NCBI GenBank assembly: GCA_039190745.1
Contig: JBCCXZ010000084.1
Location: forward strand, 1-13,317
Reading direction: 5' to 3'
DNA length: 13,317 bases
Source of the DNA: Planctomycetota bacterium
Lineage (GTDB): Bacteria > Planctomycetota > Planctomycetia > Pirellulales > Lacipirellulaceae
Below the pieces are notes generated by a model, which searched no databases, was not told where the DNA came from, and saw only the letters and a list, made by a program, of their open reading frames with translations. Position numbers and translations under genes: made by a program. This document shows, piece after piece, positions 9,046 through 13,317 of this stretch (position 1 is the first letter of the stretch; the number at the start of each line of letters is the position of its first letter).

Positions 9046-9647
9046 GTGGAAGAATTCCACGGTTATCTCATACAAGTTCGTTTCGGCATTTTTAAACGAT
9101 TGGGTTGTGGACCTCATGACTATTCGATCGGCGGCGAGCCCCGAAGGCTCGGCTGCTGTCCGGATTGGCCGCCAAGGCCGGGGTTTGCAACACCTTCTTG
9201 CTCGTCAATCGCGTTTCTAAGCGGTTGACCGCCCCTTCTGGCCGGCGTGGTCTCCACTGCTTCCGTGGTGTGGTCTTCCGTCTTGTACGGAACGATTTAC
9301 ATCGACGCGAGCGCCCAATAAGCGTGCCCACTCTGCCGGGTCGCTCACGGACAGCGCTGCTCTCTTCCCGGCTCTGATCGCGCCACGCACGGCTCGCGTG
9401 GCTTCCTGTCGGCGTGCTTGACCCACGGGTCGTCGGCACGCACCCGCCCATCGGATAGGGCCGCCCTCACGCGGCCGCTGTGCAGTCCACCCTCAGTCCA
9501 CACGCAAGTTAGGAGAAGACGTCTACCGCAAGAGATTGCCTGCACGCCGGAGATGCTCCGGGGTGCGCCGACACGCGGGGCGCAACGCCCGGCACACCGG
9601 CAAGGAGCGGCAGCAACTCAAACGGTTGGACTGAGGAAGCCAAGACT
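9046..9647 (+). ncRNA. Candidate long structured 5' leader or ncRNA; no known family recognised
   Basis: About 600 nt between promoter and next ATG, no convincing CDS, at least 9 local hairpins plus a 10-bp long-range stem. Confidence 0.35.
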
Positions 9648-10466
9648 ATGAAGACACCACACACAACAAGATTGATGTTGATCCCGCTGCTGGCTTTGGC
9701 CTCAGCGTGGGTTCCTTTGAGCGCAGAAGCGAACACCGTATTCGGAGCATACGAGATCACGATCTCCGAGAGCGATCGGTTCCTCGACGCACTGGGCACA
9801 CAGTTTGAAGACGCCGTTGCGATGGAAGAGGCCTGCGTAAATCCGATGATAAAGGTCGGGCGTCGCAACATGCCCGCGATCCTGCTTGAGAACAACGCGA
9901 ATTCCGAGGGCGAGATCTCGACTTTCACGATGGAAATCCGTGAAGATGGATTCGTTTTCGGCGATGGCGACGACGGCATGACACCTGGGACTTACGCCTT
10001 CGAAAGCATGTTCCAGTCTGCAGGCGTGACGATCACGAGCAGCTCACTCTCAGCGGACATGAAGCGGTTGACCGTGAATTTCTCGGGCCTGGCCCCGGGT
10101 GAATCGGCGTTGTTCCGCGTAGACCTAGACCCCACCGACCCGGGTGCGTTCCAGAAGCCGGACTTCCGTCAGGTTCTCCTAGGCCTCAGCGAGGACGGCA
10201 CAACAGGCGGCGTGGGTACAGTGGGAACGACCTCGTCGGTGTTCTCAATGGCCGGCATGTCTACCCCGACGCCGGACTTTGAGCTGCCGAGCATCGATCC
10301 AGCCCCTCCCGGCCCGGGTGTCCCCGTCATCAACACTAGCTTCGACGATCACAACAACCCCGACCCGCTGATCGTCGTGGATTCGGGTGGAGCGGTTCCT
10401 GAGCCCTCCTCGGCCGCTCTGCTGTGTGGGTCGATCGCCCTATGGGCCTGCCGACGCCGCGGCTAG
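9648..10466 (+). CDS. PEP-CTERM sorting-domain surface protein, 272 aa
   Basis: Signal peptide ending ..SAEA; Pro-rich linker; C-terminal VPEPSSAALLCGSIALWACRRRG; GAGG at 9633-9636. Confidence 0.92.
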   Translation: MKTPHTTRLMLIPLLALASAWVPLSAEANTVFGAYEITISESDRFLDALGTQFEDAVAMEEACVNPMIKVGRRNMPAILLENNANSEGEISTFTMEIREDGFVFGDGDDGMTPGTYAFESMFQSAGVTITSSSLSADMKRLTVNFSGLAPGESALFRVDLDPTDPGAFQKPDFRQVLLGLSEDGTTGGVGTVGTTSSVFSMAGMSTPTPDFELPSIDPAPPGPGVPVINTSFDDHNNPDPLIVVDSGGAVPEPSSAALLCGSIALWACRRRG

Positions 10467-10504
10467 TACTAGCAAACCGACAGACAGAGCCACCAGATAG
10501 TCCC

Positions 10505-10545
10505 AAACCCCCGCTGGCGAGGCTGCTCGCTAGCGGGGGTTTTTT
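10505..10545 (+). terminator. Intrinsic terminator after the PEP-CTERM gene
   Basis: CCCCCGCTGGCGAG-GCTG-CTCGCTAGCGGGGG (14-bp stem, one G-U) followed by T6. Confidence 0.9.
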
Positions 10546-10821
10546 GTTTCCCTCGAATCACCGGACAGGCTGAGTCTGCGGGCTGTTCGGGTTGACACGA
10601 TCGTCCGGGTCATCTGCTTCGTCCCGATTGTCCGGAAAAAAACGAAAGTACTGCCCGCGGGCGGTCCGATCTCTCCGGTGTGGGCCGACACCGTCCTCGC
10701 AGGCGGTCGCTGGCCCGGGCGTTGCGCCCGTGCGGGATTGGACGCACGGAGGCGTAGGCCGAACATCATCACATGGGCCCAACGGCGAAGCTGCCGTGGT
10801 CGGCCCGCAGGGGGGATTAGG

Positions 10822-12165
10822 ATGAAGACGAAGAACTGGGCTACCGGTGCGCTCACGGCGTGCCTGGTAGCGGCTTGTGTGCACGCCAGTGCCGAGCAGG
10901 CCGACGAAGTCATGCGGGCGAATTTCAACGCGGCGATGCTCGCCGCGGAACTGGCGGGCGAGTCGCTCGCCGACTACGAGGAAGACGTGGTCGTCTCCTC
11001 AGACTCCGACGGGCAGGCCTCTGACAGCCCCGCCTTCTTGGAAGCCTCTACGCCGGACCAAGTGTTCTCCGACCTGCCCGAGGTCGAGCAGGTCGGCTAC
11101 GCGGTGAGTAGCCGGGTGCTGAACGATTGCCGCCGGGGGCCGCGGGGCCGCTCCTACCAGGTCTTTGCCGGGGCGGAGTACATCTACGCCCGGGCGAGCT
11201 TCAGCGAGGCTCTGGCGTTCATGACGGTGGACACCACCACAAGCCCTCAGAGCATTACCCGCACCGAATTCGATTTTGATTACAACTCTTCGTACAGCTT
11301 CTACGGCGGGGTCCGGCTCTGCGATTGCCTCGGGGCGATCGTGTTCGACTTCGACCGCTACCGCAGCGAAGGCTCCTTCTCGCAGGCTGCCTCCTCGACG
11401 ACGGGCGTGAATATCCTCGCGCCCTTCGAAGTGACGCCCCCCGCGGGCGGGCGGTTGGACGGTTCGGCGGATGTCGACCTGCAGTCCTACGACATCGGTT
11501 TCCAGAAGACCATCCCGCTGGGCGGCTGCATCTGCGACTGTTGTGACTCCTGCGACGGGTGCTGCGACAGCGGTTGTTGTGACGGCGGCTGTTGCGACGA
11601 TCCCTGCTGCGGCGGGGGCGGCGGCTGCTGCCGCTGGTGCCCGCTGTGGGACATCACCTGGTCGGCCGCTTTCCGTATCGCCGACGTGAACACCGCCAAG
11701 GGCGCCACGTCGATCGACGCGAGCCAGAACGCCATCCGCAGCTATGTTGCGAGCATGGACTTCGAGGGGTACGGCGGCCGGATCGGCATCGGCGGCCGAC
11801 GTTACTTCGGGAAGCGGGGCAGGTTCAGCCTGTTCGCTCAGGGCGACCTCTCGATCCTCGTCGGCGACATGACCTACATCGTTCAGGAGAACGACCTCAC
11901 GACGCCCGGCAACTCGCTGATCACGACCTCGGTCGGGCGGCGGGTGATCCCGGTCACCGAGATCGAAGCGGGCGGCACCCTGCACTTGGGAGACCACGTG
12001 CAGGCTAGTGCCGGCTACTTCATCGGCGCCTGGCACGACCTGGGCTTCCGGGACGAATCGGAGCTGGGTATCCCGGCCACGAACCCGAGCCTGCTCGACA
12101 GCTTTGACGACGCCAACATCTTGGGCTTCGACGGCTTCTTCGCCCGGGTGGAAGTCGGCTTCTGA
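10822..12165 (+). CDS. Outer-membrane beta-barrel protein (Lpg1974/BBP7-like) with Cys-rich insert, 447 aa
   Basis: Signal peptide MKTKNW...HASA, acidic linker, amphipathic strands (VFAGAEYIY, SYSFYGGVRL, IPVTEIEAGG, ASAGYFIGAW), terminal GFDGFFARVEVGF with C-terminal Phe. ATG 10822 has AGGGGG upstream. Exact family is tentative. Confidence 0.8.
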   Translation: MKTKNWATGALTACLVAACVHASAEQADEVMRANFNAAMLAAELAGESLADYEEDVVVSSDSDGQASDSPAFLEASTPDQVFSDLPEVEQVGYAVSSRVLNDCRRGPRGRSYQVFAGAEYIYARASFSEALAFMTVDTTTSPQSITRTEFDFDYNSSYSFYGGVRLCDCLGAIVFDFDRYRSEGSFSQAASSTTGVNILAPFEVTPPAGGRLDGSADVDLQSYDIGFQKTIPLGGCICDCCDSCDGCCDSGCCDGGCCDDPCCGGGGGCCRWCPLWDITWSAAFRIADVNTAKGATSIDASQNAIRSYVASMDFEGYGGRIGIGGRRYFGKRGRFSLFAQGDLSILVGDMTYIVQENDLTTPGNSLITTSVGRRVIPVTEIEAGGTLHLGDHVQASAGYFIGAWHDLGFRDESELGIPATNPSLLDSFDDANILGFDGFFARVEVGF

Positions 12166-12193
12166 GCCGGCGGATCGCGAGAGTCCAATCCCC

Positions 12194-12240
12194 AAAAAAG
12201 AAAGCCGGTCGCCATCTTGGCGGCCGGCTTTTTTGTTTGT
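12194..12240. terminator. Bidirectional intrinsic terminator between the barrel gene and rpsU
   Basis: A-rich run, AAAGCCGGTCGCCA-TCT-TGGCGGCCGGCTTT stem, then T-run; lies between convergent genes. Confidence 0.9.
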
Positions 12241-12285
12241 GTCAGGCGGTTGGGGCGGGGCGCTGGCGGCAGCCCCACGCGGGCC

Positions 12286-12480
12286 TTAGCGGCCGAGCAT
12301 CCGCTCGCGGCGGGCGCGGCGCTGGGCGCGGAGGCGGGCCCGGCGCTTGGTCTCGCTGGGCTTCTCGTAGAACTCGCGGATCCGGATTTCCTTCTTGATC
12401 CCGCTGCGCTCCACGAGCTTGCGGAAGCGGCGAACGGCCTCTTGGGCGGTCTCACGGTCACGGAGCGTCAGCTTAACCAA
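12286..12480 (-). CDS. rpsU: 30S ribosomal protein bS21
   Basis: [37 protein letters not shown] start with GAGGGG RBS. Confidence 0.97.
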   Translation of the reverse strand: MVKLTLRDRETAQEAVRRFRKLVERSGIKKEIRIREFYEKPSETKRRARLRAQRRARRERMLGR

Positions 12481-12596
12481 GTTCGATCCCCTCTTTGATT
12501 CTTATGCGTTTTGGTCGGTGGTTCGGGTCCTGCCAGCGGCGTCCCGGCGGAAAGCCGTTGCTACTGGGCCCGAAGGCAGAGTATCGGCGCACTCAT

Positions 12597-12625
12597 AAGG
12601 TAGCATGGGGCGATTTTTTCGTCCA
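12597..12625 (-). promoter_or_regulatory. Probable sigma70 promoter of rpsU
   Basis: TGGACG, 17-nt spacer ending TGC, TACCTT (extended -10); predicts a 5' UTR of about 110 nt. Confidence 0.55.
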
Positions 12626-12850
12626 GACAGCAGAAAAAGCTCGGGCCAGGCCAGTGGACAAGGGTCGGCCGTGCGGGCCGCCCGAGCGAGCCGCCCCAGG
12701 CGTCGCAGGGTGCACAACCGGAACTGTTGGGCTCGGGCTGGTGCCCCATCCTTCGGCCTGGGCTGGCCGGCGGGCCGGCGGCCTACCGATCGATTCATTT
12801 GGCCGGCCCACCCCACGCCGGCGATCTTCCTGCTGCCCCCGGGCTCCCGC

Positions 12851-13060
12851 TTGCCGAACACGACCAAGCCAAACGCGGCCGCGAAACAAAGCAGCCTCCC
12901 CCGAGAGGCGGTGCTAGCGTCGCTTGCCCAGCGCCACGACGAGGTCGAGGCCCTGCTGGAGACGCTCGAGGCGGGCCTGGACGAGGCGCTCGACTGCAGC
13001 GCAAGCCGGCGGAAACAGCCGGCCGGGGTCACTGCCGGTCGAGGTGGCCGGACTTCGTAA
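12851..13060 (+). CDS. Possible small acidic helical protein (about 69 aa)
   Basis: TTG start in frame with ORF 12605-13060; VLASLAQRHDEVEALLETLEAGLDEAL has heptad-like hydrophobic spacing and G/C-ending codons; 32-nt convergent overlap with the next gene. Confidence 0.45.
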   Translation: MPNTTKPNAAAKQSSLPREAVLASLAQRHDEVEALLETLEAGLDEALDCSASRRKQPAGVTAGRGGRTS

Positions 13061-13316
13061 TCGCCCGCAACAGCCGCAGCCCCAGGACGCCGCTGAGGCC
13101 GAAGCCCAGCGCCCCGGGGACCGAAACCCCCCAGAGCGGCCAGACGACGTTGGTCACTAACTGGGTCGAGCCGAGAAAGAGCGCGCTGGTCAGTAGGCCG
13201 AGAACCAGGCGGTTGACCGAGGGCTCGAGGCCCCGGTGGTCGAGGTGCACCACGAACGAACCGGACTGGACCTGGTTGAGAATATCCCTCACACGGCGGG
13301 GGACGACCTCGGCGAA
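13029..13316 (-). CDS. 3' end of an AarF/UbiB (ABC1 kinase) family protein, truncated by the window edge
   Basis: Frame open to the edge; PRRVRDIL..VQSG.F.VHLDHRGLEPSVNRLVLGLLTSALFLGS plus a second TM helix and SGHL resemble the C-terminus of AarF/UbiB proteins; kinase motifs lie outside the window. Confidence 0.7.
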   Translation of the reverse strand, partial: FAEVVPRRVRDILNQVQSGSFVVHLDHRGLEPSVNRLVLGLLTSALFLGSTQLVTNVVWPLWGVSVPGALGFGLSGVLGLRLLRAITKSGHLDRQ

Positions 13317-13317
13317 C

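Noticed and set aside
9046..9228. 60-aa GTG ORF starting at the predicted TSS (possible leaderless peptide)
   Set aside because: Atypical codon usage, no recognisable features, GTG start; cannot be excluded without Ribo-seq
8720..9647. c-di-GMP or cobalamin riboswitch, CRISPR array or IS element in the long intergenic region
   Set aside because: No matching consensus motifs, no regularly spaced repeats, no transposase or terminal inverted repeats
10678..10821. N-terminal extension of the barrel ORF
   Set aside because: Arg/Gly-rich and non-protein-like; signal peptide and RBS point to ATG 10822
12481..12490. GTTCGATCCC, tRNA T-loop-like
   Set aside because: It is the reverse complement of the rpsU RBS and spacer; no cloverleaf or CCA end

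Overview
GC-rich bacterial chromosomal window, probably a planctomycete (inferred from the PEP-CTERM protein, the Cys-rich outer-membrane barrel and the secreted sulfatase). Gene order: uvrB (-), secreted-type nucleoside hydrolase (-), DUF3592-like membrane protein (+), metallo-beta-lactamase-fold hydrolase (+), arylsulfatase split by a one-base frameshift (-), ComEA-like HhH protein (-), nadC (+), a ~930-nt gene-free region with a good sigma70 promoter and many hairpins, PEP-CTERM protein (+), outer-membrane beta-barrel with a 16-Cys insert (+), rpsU (-), a possible small acidic protein (+) and the 3' end of an AarF/UbiB-type gene (-). No mobile element, CRISPR array, tRNA or rRNA is supported. 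The most unusual observations are (1) a diverged second copy of the first ~34 codons of uvrB fused in frame to the nucleoside hydrolase, supplying its only standard start upstream of the signal peptide; (2) a ~600-nt hairpin-rich leader or ncRNA whose long-range stem covers the ribosome-binding site of the PEP-CTERM gene; (3) a metallothionein-like segment inside the beta-barrel. All family calls are from motif recognition by eye; no searches were run.
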